DNA of 64,000 nucleotides from a virus: the IMG/VR virus record IMGVR_UViG_3300010373_000003, positions 28,896 to 92,895 of that record; one strand, written 5' to 3'. The notes under the pieces are model-generated. The model saw only the letters and a program-made list of their open reading frames with translations, had not been told where the DNA came from and made no database searches. Within the stretch, counting starts at the first letter, position 1; every line of letters begins with the position of its first letter. Position numbers and translations under genes: made by a program. Positions 1 to 10,400 of the stretch are shown piece by piece.

Positions 1-695
1 ATGTTGACTACACAGAAACTATTTTAGTAGGTAACGTAGATAGACCTGCGGGTTATTGGAAGTTTAAGATTAAAGCTGCTCTTCCAGGAAGGAACGAAAG
101 TTCTATTGTTAGTAGTCCTGTATTTACAGCTGCGGAAGAGGATAATCTTATTCATCCATTAGTGTTTACTATCTTAAGTAGTGGTATAGTTTATAATGCT
201 GCTGCTAATAGTTACAAATCTACTTATGTGGCTAGTGAAGGATGGGGACATGGTGTTATGAATGCAGGTAAGAAACTAGCAGCTGGTGCTGATGGAGGTA
301 TTTATCTGAAGTTTGAAGACTTACCTAATGAGACTACACTTTTAAGTGGTGTAGGTTTTTCTACTACTAATACTACTGGTGCTTTCTTAGGAGCTTACGA
401 TGTTGGTTTCTATTTTGGAAATAGACAATATCCTGATCTTGGAATTGTAGAAGGTGGAAGTATGAGTGTTGCTGATGGTATTAAGCATATTGTAGGATAT
501 GACTATAGACTATATAGAACTGCTGGAGTTTGGAAGCTTCAAAGAAGTAATGATGAATGGGTTACTGTTCAAGATCTAAAAATATATAGCTATACTTCTA
601 ATGTAGACTTATATCCAAAAGCTGATATAAGAACTGGTTCTACTAATCTACCTATACTAGTTAATCCTAGACAAAGTAAATTAATTAATATATAA
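1..695 (+). CDS. tail appendage/fibre protein, 5'-truncated by the window edge
   Basis: Frame 3 is open from base 3 into the listed 162..695 ORF. It contains VGNVDRPAGYWKFKIKA..RNESSIVSSPVFT, a segment shared with the next gene, followed by a beta-rich C-terminal domain. Confidence 0.6.
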   Translation, partial: VDYTETILVGNVDRPAGYWKFKIKAALPGRNESSIVSSPVFTAAEEDNLIHPLVFTILSSGIVYNAAANSYKSTYVASEGWGHGVMNAGKKLAAGADGGIYLKFEDLPNETTLLSGVGFSTTNTTGAFLGAYDVGFYFGNRQYPDLGIVEGGSMSVADGIKHIVGYDYRLYRTAGVWKLQRSNDEWVTVQDLKIYSYTSNVDLYPKADIRTGSTNLPILVNPRQSKLINI

Positions 696-698
696 CAA

Positions 699-3600
699 AT
701 GGGAATTGTAATAAAGAATAAAGTTAAAGTTAATAGGGCTAATACTTTTAATCCTATTCCTGTTGGAACATACTCTAGTCCAATTAAACTTAAACCTGAG
801 TTAGTATTTCATAATTTTCCTGCTTATGCTGTAGATAGTTTAGGTAAGAAATTAGCTGCTACTAATTTATGTGATATAAGTACTATAAATAATGTTAATG
901 GGGTTCCTTTGGGAACCCCTGCTAACCAAGGTATGGTACTAAGTGCTTATAATCTAATCAAATCTGATTGGTATAATGTAGGTTCTTATAAAGTTATATT
1001 TGATCTTGACGGTGTGTATGATTTAGATTATGCATATGTTTGGATTGAAGGTTCTAATAGAGGACCTGTACGTATGGCTTGTTCTGAAGATGGTACTACA
1101 TGGAAAGAACTATTTGGACCTCAAGACCAATTAAATAGTAATGGTTGGAGAAAGATAGAGTTTAATATAGCTTCTAAAGGTGGTAACAAATTCTTCATGT
1201 TAGGTTGTGATTGGGCTGATATGGGTATTAGAAGTTTAGTTGTCTATGGAAGACCTGTAGGAACTAAACTAAATCATGGTGTTAAACTAAATAGAAAGGT
1301 ACCTAGTAGAAAAGCAGATGAATCTATTGGTACTAATGGGTTTTATTTTGAACATCCTGAGGAGATGTATAAAGTAAGTTCTATTCAACGTTTTTATGTT
1401 GAGCCAGATTGGTTTATGGGAGACGCTTTTAGACGTACTGGCGATGCTATTGGTAAACATCCTGATGATCTAACATTTAAGTTTAGTACTTCTCATATGG
1501 GTAGTATTGATCAACTACTTCAAGGCTTTAAGAATACTGGTGCTAAAGTTATGTTTACTCAGGTAAGTCAACCTGTTTGTTATAGACCTGTTGGTACATC
1601 AAGAGCGGGACAAAGTAAACCTGTTGATCCTGGGTTTAGTTCTACTGTACTCGCTCATACTGTTAATCCTCTTAACTATAAGTTCATAGCTAGAGTAGGA
1701 TATAATATAGCTGCTAGATATGGTAGTAATAAGAATGTAGATCAGACTTATATACAATTACAAGAAGGTCAACAAGTTAAAGTTGGTCTTAATCTTATAT
1801 ATTGTATGGAGATTGGTAACGAGATGGATAAATGGTGGTTAGGAGAACAAGCTTATGCTAATCCTGAAGAAATGGCTGCTTATATGTCTGCTCTATATGA
1901 TGGACATAAAGGAGCAATGGGACCTGGGTATGGTATTAAAGCTGCTGATCCATCTATGAAAGTATCTATGATTTCTTTAGCTGCCGGAGATAATACTGCT
2001 TATATTAGACAAATGCTTTGGTGGTTTGATAAGTATAGAGGTGAAGGTGATTATGCTTTTGATGTTATTAACTATCACTGGTATAATTCCTCACAAGGTT
2101 CTCAAGATGTTGGAGATAGTTCATATGCTCTACAACCTGAAAGAGCTCAACTTATGGATGTTAATCAAAGATGGTGTACTATTAGAGATACCTATTGTCA
2201 ATCTGCTGAACTATGGCTAACTGAAACAGGGTATGATGAACATCTTGGAGGTGTATACGCTCCTAAGTTTAATACTCAATTCTTAAGGTCTAGGTATAAG
2301 TCTTATTGGCTAGTTAGAACTCATCTAGTTGATATATACGGTGCTGTTGACGTTACTAACCAATATTGGTATGCTACTACAGGAGGTCAAAAGCTACAAG
2401 AACTAAATCCTAATGAGCCTAATCCGGCTAAGTTTATTAGTTCTGCTATGGCTGAAGGTATACAGAATACTGAGGATTGGAATAGACAACCTCTTATGTC
2501 GTTTTGGTATATGGCTAATATTAAGAGTGCTTTAGAAGGATATACATATTCTCATGAAGTGTTTGTAAAAGGAGAACTAAAAGCAGAAGATAGATTAATA
2601 AATTCTACTAGCGAATATCTTTGGGCTTTAGCTTTTAAGAATGTTGTTGATGGTACTGGTCTATTAGTTATTTGGTTAGATTCTGCTGAACAAAGAACAG
2701 AGTCTACTACTGTAAAGGTTATAGAATCTACTGTTCAAGTTGTTAATATAGACAATGCAGAAGTAAGACAATCTATAACTGGAACTATTACTAATGTTAC
2801 ACCTCTTGATGGCTTAATAGGTATTACTATATCTGAATGTCCTATAATTGTTAAAACTACTAATTTAAGTGTTCCTTTAGTTATTCAACCTCTTAATATT
2901 GAGAAACAAGTATTAGAAGATTCTTCTGTTCTACTTACATGGTTAGATAGAAATATAGAAGAAACTGATGCTATTATTAGTAGAAGTCTTACTCTTAATG
3001 GTGTGTATGATGATATATACCAAGGTAAAACTTATAAAGCTCAATATGTAGATGAAACAGCTTTACCTAATGTTAATTATTTCTATAAGATAAAGCTTAT
3101 AAGAGCAGGAGGTTCTGTACCAATTATAGTACCTAGTCCTCCTACAATTGTTGCTAATGACCAATTAGATACTATTGAAGCTACTCATCAAGTTTATCCT
3201 AATAACATTGTTGTTAGTATAAATAATAACAGTTATGAGAAATATAATGGTCATTTATCTGTTGGTAATGTTAATAGACCTGAAGGATACTTTAAGTTTA
3301 AAATAGAAGCAGGTTTTAATAGAACTGAATCTAGTATTGTTTATAGTCCTGCGTTTACTGTTTCAAATGATCCTGTTCCTGAATTATGGAAAACTAACTT
3401 TGATCATGCTTACTTAGGTAATAAAGTTCTAAATTATTCTAATGTTCAAGCAGAAGATGGTGAAGAAGTTAAAACTATAATAGATCAAATAGGTGCTTTG
3501 AATATGAACTATAACGGAGTTGCTGTTCCTAATTTAACAGAGAGTAAGCCTAGGTTCTATGATAACTTAAATGGTTATGTATTCCTACCTAATGAGACTA

Positions 3601-4385
3601 ACGTTAAGTATTCTACTGCTTATATTCAAGGAGGTAATTATCCTAGTGAAAGATGGATAATTGGTGTTATTTCTAACTTCCAATTATATGAAGCTTTTGT
3701 TAATAACTTCTTTAGTCCTTATATTGGAGACTTAGGTCAAGAAGGTTTAAGAACTAAGAATGCTGCTGACTTCCCAGGAGATACTAGTTGGAAAACTAAT
3801 GTACCTATTGCTCTAAATAGACCTTTTCTTATTAGACAGAAGTTTACAGATAATGCTAGTATACCTGATAGGGTCTCTACAGATATGTGGGTAAATGGTG
3901 TGTATGTTGGTCAAACTATGACTACATATAAAAATACTAATATGTCTCTTGTTATAGGAGCTGATACTAATAACTCACATTGGGGTTTCATGTTCTATGG
4001 TTTTAATAAAGGTCATATTAATGAAAGTATTGCTAGTGTTATGACTTCTCAGTTAATGGCTAAGTATAATGTTAATTTACCTATTGAATTACCTTATGCT
4101 GGTAACTTAAATGTTGTTAAGTCTGGTAGTACTTACACTGCTACATTTGTTTACAAAGGTATTAATAATATTCCAGAGAATATTTCTAAGAGGAAGGTAA
4201 GATGGATTATCTTTATAAGTGGTCCTACTATTGCTTATTATATGCCTGAACTAGAAGGTCTATTAACTTTTAATGCTAATGATTATCCTCAATATGATAT
4301 GGCTAATAAACGAGTTAGAGTAGAGATTACATGTGAGGATACTGCTGAGAACAAATTCTCTATTCCTCAATCATTTTTAAAATAA
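699..4385 (+). CDS. tail-associated multidomain glycoside hydrolase (discoidin-like + clan GH-A TIM barrel + FnIII + lectin-like); putative depolymerase
   Basis: EIGNEMD acid/base motif, DVINYHWY, LWLTETGY nucleophile motif; SEDGTTWKEL (F5/8-like); LTWLD..YVDETALPNVNYFYKIK (FnIII); located in the tail module. Confidence 0.7.
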   Translation: MGIVIKNKVKVNRANTFNPIPVGTYSSPIKLKPELVFHNFPAYAVDSLGKKLAATNLCDISTINNVNGVPLGTPANQGMVLSAYNLIKSDWYNVGSYKVIFDLDGVYDLDYAYVWIEGSNRGPVRMACSEDGTTWKELFGPQDQLNSNGWRKIEFNIASKGGNKFFMLGCDWADMGIRSLVVYGRPVGTKLNHGVKLNRKVPSRKADESIGTNGFYFEHPEEMYKVSSIQRFYVEPDWFMGDAFRRTGDAIGKHPDDLTFKFSTSHMGSIDQLLQGFKNTGAKVMFTQVSQPVCYRPVGTSRAGQSKPVDPGFSSTVLAHTVNPLNYKFIARVGYNIAARYGSNKNVDQTYIQLQEGQQVKVGLNLIYCMEIGNEMDKWWLGEQAYANPEEMAAYMSALYDGHKGAMGPGYGIKAADPSMKVSMISLAAGDNTAYIRQMLWWFDKYRGEGDYAFDVINYHWYNSSQGSQDVGDSSYALQPERAQLMDVNQRWCTIRDTYCQSAELWLTETGYDEHLGGVYAPKFNTQFLRSRYKSYWLVRTHLVDIYGAVDVTNQYWYATTGGQKLQELNPNEPNPAKFISSAMAEGIQNTEDWNRQPLMSFWYMANIKSALEGYTYSHEVFVKGELKAEDRLINSTSEYLWALAFKNVVDGTGLLVIWLDSAEQRTESTTVKVIESTVQVVNIDNAEVRQSITGTITNVTPLDGLIGITISECPIIVKTTNLSVPLVIQPLNIEKQVLEDSSVLLTWLDRNIEETDAIISRSLTLNGVYDDIYQGKTYKAQYVDETALPNVNYFYKIKLIRAGGSVPIIVPSPPTIVANDQLDTIEATHQVYPNNIVVSINNNSYEKYNGHLSVGNVNRPEGYFKFKIEAGFNRTESSIVYSPAFTVSNDPVPELWKTNFDHAYLGNKVLNYSNVQAEDGEEVKTIIDQIGALNMNYNGVAVPNLTESKPRFYDNLNGYVFLPNETNVKYSTAYIQGGNYPSERWIIGVISNFQLYEAFVNNFFSPYIGDLGQEGLRTKNAADFPGDTSWKTNVPIALNRPFLIRQKFTDNASIPDRVSTDMWVNGVYVGQTMTTYKNTNMSLVIGADTNNSHWGFMFYGFNKGHINESIASVMTSQLMAKYNVNLPIELPYAGNLNVVKSGSTYTATFVYKGINNIPENISKRKVRWIIFISGPTIAYYMPELEGLLTFNANDYPQYDMANKRVRVEITCEDTAENKFSIPQSFLK

Positions 4386-4403
4386 GTAATAGTTATAGTT
4401 TAT

Positions 4404-4739
4404 ATGGAATATATTGATATTGTTATTAAGCAAATCATTGATAACTTTGATTTTGCTTTTATGTTTATTATTAATGTGCTTTCTTATCTTATTGTTAGAT
4501 TTGTCTATTCTATTAAGAAAGGTGCTTATGTTAATACTTGGTCAAAAAGATTTATTCTTATGGCTTGTACTGTAGCAGTTGGTATTGTTTATTGGCTTGC
4601 TGGATATGATAAGATTATTGTTATTATCAATTCTGCTATTCTTGCTCCTGTTTTTTGGGATTGGATTCTTCGTCCTATATTTGTTAAACTTGGTGTTGAT
4701 TATAAAAAGTTTGAGAGATATGATGATGTTGAAGGTTAA
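4404..4739 (+). CDS. putative holin
   Basis: 111 aa, about 3 hydrophobic segments, charged C-terminus, followed by a terminator. Confidence 0.65.
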   Translation: MEYIDIVIKQIIDNFDFAFMFIINVLSYLIVRFVYSIKKGAYVNTWSKRFILMACTVAVGIVYWLAGYDKIIVIINSAILAPVFWDWILRPIFVKLGVDYKKFERYDDVEG

Positions 4740-4767
4740 TATCTTATTATAAATATTACTATTGCTT

Positions 4768-4802
4768 AGGCAGTACTTCTTAATTGAGGTACTGCCTTTT
4801 TT
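4768..4802 (+). terminator. Rho-independent terminator
   Basis: AGGCAGTACTTC-TTAATT-GAGGTACTGCCT followed by a T run. Confidence 0.85.
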
Positions 4803-4842
4803 CGTATAGATAGTGCTAGTATAAATAATTATTAAAATTAAC

Positions 4843-4872
4843 TTGCATATAAATATTAAAATATTATATTTG
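4843..4872 (+). promoter_or_regulatory. Bacteroidota housekeeping-sigma promoter (-33/-7)
   Basis: TTG (4843-45), 19-bp spacer, TATATTTG (4865-72), matching TAnnTTTG; 36 bp upstream of ATG 4909. Confidence 0.65.
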
Positions 4873-4908
4873 TTACTACTGTTAATCATAATAATAATAA
4901 TATTGCTT

Positions 4909-5592
4909 ATGAGTTCTATTAATCAACTAGTTTCTGAACTTGCTCATTCTGTGCAGCAAGCTGATAGTGTTCCTGTACGTCGAGCTCTTAAACTTAGTAT
5001 AATTCATTCTCGTAATGAACTTATACGTAAGAGTTATGACAATAATAAAGTGCTAGACAAAGTTCTACAACAAAGATTTAGAATTAGTCTTATTGATGTT
5101 CCTGATGGAGATAATACTATTTCTAAAGATCTTCCTGTAGGTCAAATTAAAAGAAGTACTAATAAAGTACCTAGACCTGTTAGACTTAGTAATGGTATGC
5201 CTTTTAATTCTGTTCGTACCATGGGTGTTGAATATCCTCAATCTATAGCTTTTGTTAAAGAGGCTGTTTCTAACTTCTATGGAAGTCTTCCCGGTATGTG
5301 TTCTGTTGCTACTTATGATTATATAAATGAATATATTTATATAGACACTATGAGAAGTAAAAGGCTGTTAGACCTTGGACACATTATTGTTGAATCACCT
5401 TTTGAATATCCTCATCTTATAAAGACTGAAACTCAGGATGGTATTCTAGATATTAATTCAATTGATGATGATGACGAATTCCTACTTCCTGAAGATATGA
5501 TTAATGCTATTAAGAAACTTACTCTAGAAACATTTAATCCACAAGTTAATCGTCAGACTAATGAAATACCTACTCCTAATTTAGTAAAATAA
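4909..5592 (+). CDS. conserved crAss-like structural protein (probable tail ring/adaptor)
   Basis: Start reassigned to MSSINQL because the upstream extension overlaps the promoter. C-terminal DDEFLLPEDMINAIKK and position before the tail genes support the call. Confidence 0.55.
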   Translation: MSSINQLVSELAHSVQQADSVPVRRALKLSIIHSRNELIRKSYDNNKVLDKVLQQRFRISLIDVPDGDNTISKDLPVGQIKRSTNKVPRPVRLSNGMPFNSVRTMGVEYPQSIAFVKEAVSNFYGSLPGMCSVATYDYINEYIYIDTMRSKRLLDLGHIIVESPFEYPHLIKTETQDGILDINSIDDDDEFLLPEDMINAIKKLTLETFNPQVNRQTNEIPTPNLVK

Positions 5593-5601
5593 GATACACC
5601 T

Positions 5602-6549
5602 ATGACCCCTGATGTTAATTTAAAAAGTTATTATCTCCAATATATCAGTAATGCTAAAGCTGATATTATAAAGTATAATGAAGCTATTGCTCAAACTATA
5701 GAGATAAAAGAAAAACTATATGAATATTTAGATAAACATATTGTTGATATTAAAATTCATTATAATATTAATCTTGCTGATTATGATAAAGAATGGAATC
5801 ATAAAGAGTATGATAATGAAGTTCTCTATAATAAAGTTATAACAACTCTTAATGTTGTATCTAGTACAGATGTTAATAGAATTAAACTTATTCAACTTAT
5901 CAAATATTGTAATGCTCTTCGTTCTGAATATAAGAATAGACAACTAATAACTATTTGTGATACTCGTAAGAATATTACTTTTGGTAAATATCGTACTTAC
6001 GTTGTTAATTATTATAATCAAGTTCATAAGGTTGTATTAGAAGGTGATGGTTATAAGTTTGGTCATGGTATCGGAACTTATTGTATTAATCATTGGAAGA
6101 TTGATCTAGATAAGCATAACAAAGTTAAACGTTTAGACTTTGCTGCTACTAATGCTAAGAAGAAAGAACTTATAGCTAAAGGAGTTAAACTTTATGATGA
6201 TAAAGAAGCTACTTGGTATGCTGCTAGAAATATACCGTATGATGGTGTACATTATAGAGTGTTTAAAAATGAAAGTTCTTTCTATGATTTTACTTTTGTT
6301 AAATCTTCTATTTTTCCTGCTAAGACTCTTGAATATAAGAGAACTGAATATATTGCTACTAAGTATAGAGGTCTGTCATATAAAGATATGTACGACGCTC
6401 TATGTACAAGTATAAAAGATGTTTATACTTTACAAGTTGATATTAAGTATAAACTTAATATTCTTTTACATAAAGATCCTAATATTTATTTAAACTTTAT
6501 TCGTAATGCTGAACAACACAAGTATAAGCGTGGAGCACATAATAGCTAA
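5602..6549 (+). CDS. HU/IHF-like domain protein (crAss IHF-like)
   Basis: VHKVVLEGDGYKFGHGIGTYCI resembles the HU/IHF helix + G.GxF strand; crAss synteny upstream of tubular/stabiliser genes. Confidence 0.5.
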   Translation: MTPDVNLKSYYLQYISNAKADIIKYNEAIAQTIEIKEKLYEYLDKHIVDIKIHYNINLADYDKEWNHKEYDNEVLYNKVITTLNVVSSTDVNRIKLIQLIKYCNALRSEYKNRQLITICDTRKNITFGKYRTYVVNYYNQVHKVVLEGDGYKFGHGIGTYCINHWKIDLDKHNKVKRLDFAATNAKKKELIAKGVKLYDDKEATWYAARNIPYDGVHYRVFKNESSFYDFTFVKSSIFPAKTLEYKRTEYIATKYRGLSYKDMYDALCTSIKDVYTLQVDIKYKLNILLHKDPNIYLNFIRNAEQHKYKRGAHNS

Positions 6550-7339
6550 GTTAGACAATGACTTTAATATAGATCATGGTGATTGGATACCTCGTGTTGG
6601 TGCGTGGATTATAGATGCTATGGGTCAGCTAAATGTTCTTCGTAAGAAACGTAGTAAAATAAAGCTAGATGTTCATAACTGTATAGCTTATTCTAATTGT
6701 CCTATTAATAGTCCTAATCTTATAGTTACTGATTCTAATGGTTGCCCAATTGTCAAACATAAATCTAATGCTAGTGGTTGTTGTTCTTCCTCTACGGGGG
6801 AGGTAACAAAGCTAGGTGATGTAACTCCCTCAACGGTAGATGCTATCTATAATCCTAATGCTGCTTATGTCCCAGATCATACTGTAGCTGAAACTGTCAA
6901 TGGTAGTAATAAACCTCCTAGATATAATATTGTTAACTATGATAACTCTGGAGGACAACCTAGAAATTATGTTCTATTAGATGATAACAAACTTGAATTA
7001 AACTTTAATACAAGTTGTGTTTATGTTGAAACTGATGTAGTTGAAACTGTATGGAGTAAAACCTATGAATGCGATATTCCTGTTGTTCCTAATGTTGGTA
7101 TTCTTATAGAAGCTATTGGTTTTTATTGTATGTATAAAATGTTAACTCGTGGATATAAACATCCTGTATTTAATCTTAATGCTAGTCAATATGGAACTAA
7201 TCCTTATTATGAGTGGAAGACTCTAAAACCTGAAGCTAAGAGAGCTGTTACTATTGATGCTCAGGGTAATATACTGGTTACTGATGGAGGTCTATTTAAA
7301 AGTTCATTCTTTATCACTACATTCCCCAATAGTAAATAG
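6506..7339 (+). CDS. tail tubular/ring protein
   Basis: Size, ...IPVVPN..LIEAIGFYCMYKML segment, and position directly before the stabilisation protein. Confidence 0.6.
   Translation: MLNNTSISVEHIIAKLDNDFNIDHGDWIPRVGAWIIDAMGQLNVLRKKRSKIKLDVHNCIAYSNCPINSPNLIVTDSNGCPIVKHKSNASGCCSSSTGEVTKLGDVTPSTVDAIYNPNAAYVPDHTVAETVNGSNKPPRYNIVNYDNSGGQPRNYVLLDDNKLELNFNTSCVYVETDVVETVWSKTYECDIPVVPNVGILIEAIGFYCMYKMLTRGYKHPVFNLNASQYGTNPYYEWKTLKPEAKRAVTIDAQGNILVTDGGLFKSSFFITTFPNSK
6788..6803 (+). repeat. dispersed motif copy 1 (TCCTCTACGGGGGAGG)
   Basis: Exact core; encodes SSTGE in the tail tubular gene. Confidence 0.95.
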
Positions 7340-7462
7340 CCATTAATATCTCATATAATAGCAATTTAAAGCTGTATACTGGACGATATTAATTTAACTG
7401 TATAATAACGTATATCGACTTTAGATAGTCGCTTATATGAACTTAAAATAAGATGTAAGCAA

Positions 7463-10400
7463 ATGAGCGTTAATACAAAACTTAATCTCAATAAACATCC
7501 AAAAGATAATGATAATTTATCTCTTGTTAATGCTCAGGCTGTAAAGATTAGCCACGATGGGAGTTGTATTACTAGTGAAGATTCTATTAAAGAGAATTCT
7601 TTTATTCATAATTATCTTAGTGCTTTTTATGGTACTAACCCTGTTATTGGTTATAAGATAGTAGGTATTATACCTTGTAATAACGAATTAGTTATTGTAG
7701 TTAAACCTTCTAATACTGTTGATGATGCTGATATATTTAGATATCAAGAACCTATCAATGACAATATTGAAAAGATGTATTGTGCTTATGGAGGATTAGG
7801 TAGTCCTAATAGATTTAAATATCAAGGAGGTCTTATTAAAGGAGCTTTTACTTATAACGTAGAGAATAGTTTAGTTATAGCTATTAGTGAGTATGGTAAT
7901 TCTAATATTAGAATACCTTTACGTACTATTAATCTTGGTAACTCTGACGACCCTACTGTTTATAATGATAAGGATTTATCTAATTCTAAATTATACATAT
8001 CTCCTGAAGTTAGACTACCTAGTGTTAATAATTTAGATTATACCGCAGGTAGTGCTTATAAAGGATGGTACTATATGTTTATTCGTTATAAGATTAATAG
8101 TGTTGATTATACTCAATGGTATTCTATTGGTCCTCCTATTTATATTGATACTTTAGAACAATATCAGATTATAAGGTATCCTTTTGGTAGAGATACTAAG
8201 TTTGCAGCTAGTGCATTAAATGATATAGTTAGTCCTGCTTGGCCAGATGATGGTTATGGAGCAGGTGCTTCTGATTATTTTAGTAATAGTTCTGATATAG
8301 CTAAAGAGACATTTAAAGTAGATTTATATTTTAATAAGAATATTGATTATACTAAATATCAAATAGGAGTAATTTGTGCTTCTAAGTCTTATACTAAAGC
8401 TTTTAGAACTGCTGATATTTACTTAGATAAAAACTATAATGAAGGTTTTAATGTTCGTATACAAAAGTATGTTCTTGATAATAAGTCTTTAATTGAGTAT
8501 AATGTTAGTAGTTTTATTACTGACAATGGTAATTACTTTAATAGTAAGAATGTAATTAATTATAAGAATAGATTATATATTAGTAACTATCTAGAAGATA
8601 ATGCTAATAATGATGATATACCTCAAAGTATTATTGATTCTATTAATGTTAATTTATATACTTCTTATGTAAGAGATTATGGTTTAGTATATGATACAGC
8701 TCTAATAGTAAATTGGGTTACTGGAGCTAATCAGTATGATACTTATAAGTTTACTGAAATACCTCTAGCTAGATTTCTAAACATATCAGAAGAAACTATT
8801 GTTACTATTAGTGCTTCTGGACATACTACTAAAATAAGTAAAGCTGGTCAATTTTATATTACTTCTGGTAATAGTGTTCCCGGATATGCTTATATTCAAT
8901 TAAGAGAACCGGGTCCACTTGGTAGTGTTTCTGTTACTAATTATGGAGTTCAACCTTATAGTGATTATATTTATTTAGCTATTGCTGATGTTAATAATAA
9001 TCCTCAAAGTAATTTTACATTTGATCCTGTTAGGTCTGCTATTAATGGCGGAATGATGTATACTAATACTAATATTGATTTTGATAGTCGTAAGAAACAA
9101 AGTTGTTTAATACCGGGTGAAGTTTATAATTTTAATATACATTTTACTAATAAGTATAGTGGTGCTACTAACGGTTATAGAATACCAAATAATACTAAAT
9201 GGATTGTAAATGGAGAACCTAATAGAGAAATAATACCTATTTCATTTAATCTTAGAGTTAATAGTGAAACTGTTACATATTATGCTGCTATGGATGTTGA
9301 TTCTAATGTAGCAAGAGAAGACTTTACTGTTAATGAAAGATATTCTATTAATGTAAATGGTATAAGGTTTTTTAAACAATATAATACATTTGGTACTAGT
9401 CCTACTTTAAGTAGTGAGGTTACTAGTCCTTCTGATTTACAAAGTTGTGTTGCTGCTTTTAAAGAGTTTTTCTCTTCTTATAATAGTGATAAGTTTTCTA
9501 CTACTAAATGGTATCAAGTATCATATGGACCGGGAGGAGATAAGTTTCATTTATTTATTAATAATAATGGAGATAGACTATTTAAGATTCCTACTATTGA
9601 ATCGTTTACTGGAGCATGGGATGGTTTCCCTGATGAAGTAGCACCTTTCAAACAATACAATCTTCATACTCTAATGAGAGCTTCTTTTGATAATATAGAA
9701 ATACCTGAAGGTTATGACGGATTCTATATATCTTATGAGAAGTTTGAGTCACAAGCTAGAGCTACTGGACTACTTACTCGTAATGATTTCCGTACTCAGG
9801 ATTGGATTGTTAAAGGAGGTAATACTGTACAACTAGGTACTAGAAACTCTGCTAAGTCTGATAAGATGTTCTTTTATAGCAGTACTTATGATATTTCTGA
9901 TACTATTAAATTAGATTATAGTATAATGAGAATTGAAGCTATTAATCCTTTTAAGAAAGAAGATATACCTGAATGGGATTATTTTCAAAGGAATAATACT
10001 TTTAACTTTCTTCATGATATGAATAAGCCTCAGGTTGCTTCTTATTTTGAGGATGTTCAAAGAACTTATGCTATGCCTGAATATAAGATAGCTGTAGCTG
10101 ATAGTGTTGCTGATGATAGAATGGGTGTAGGTACGGCTTTACAAATAAAGGATTCTTATAATCTATTTGCTAGTTATGTTACTAGTGCTGGTATACATGA
10201 TAGATTAAAAGTATATAGAGTTACTCTATTGAATACTACTCGTGACATTTATATGTCTGATAGTAAAACTCTTATTAGACTAGGTGATGTTGTTTATAGG
10301 TCTGAAGGTGCTCCTACTAATTATAAGTATTCACAATATATTAATTCTGGATATAATGGACATTATACTTATGATGGTATTCCTATTTATGAGAATGCAG

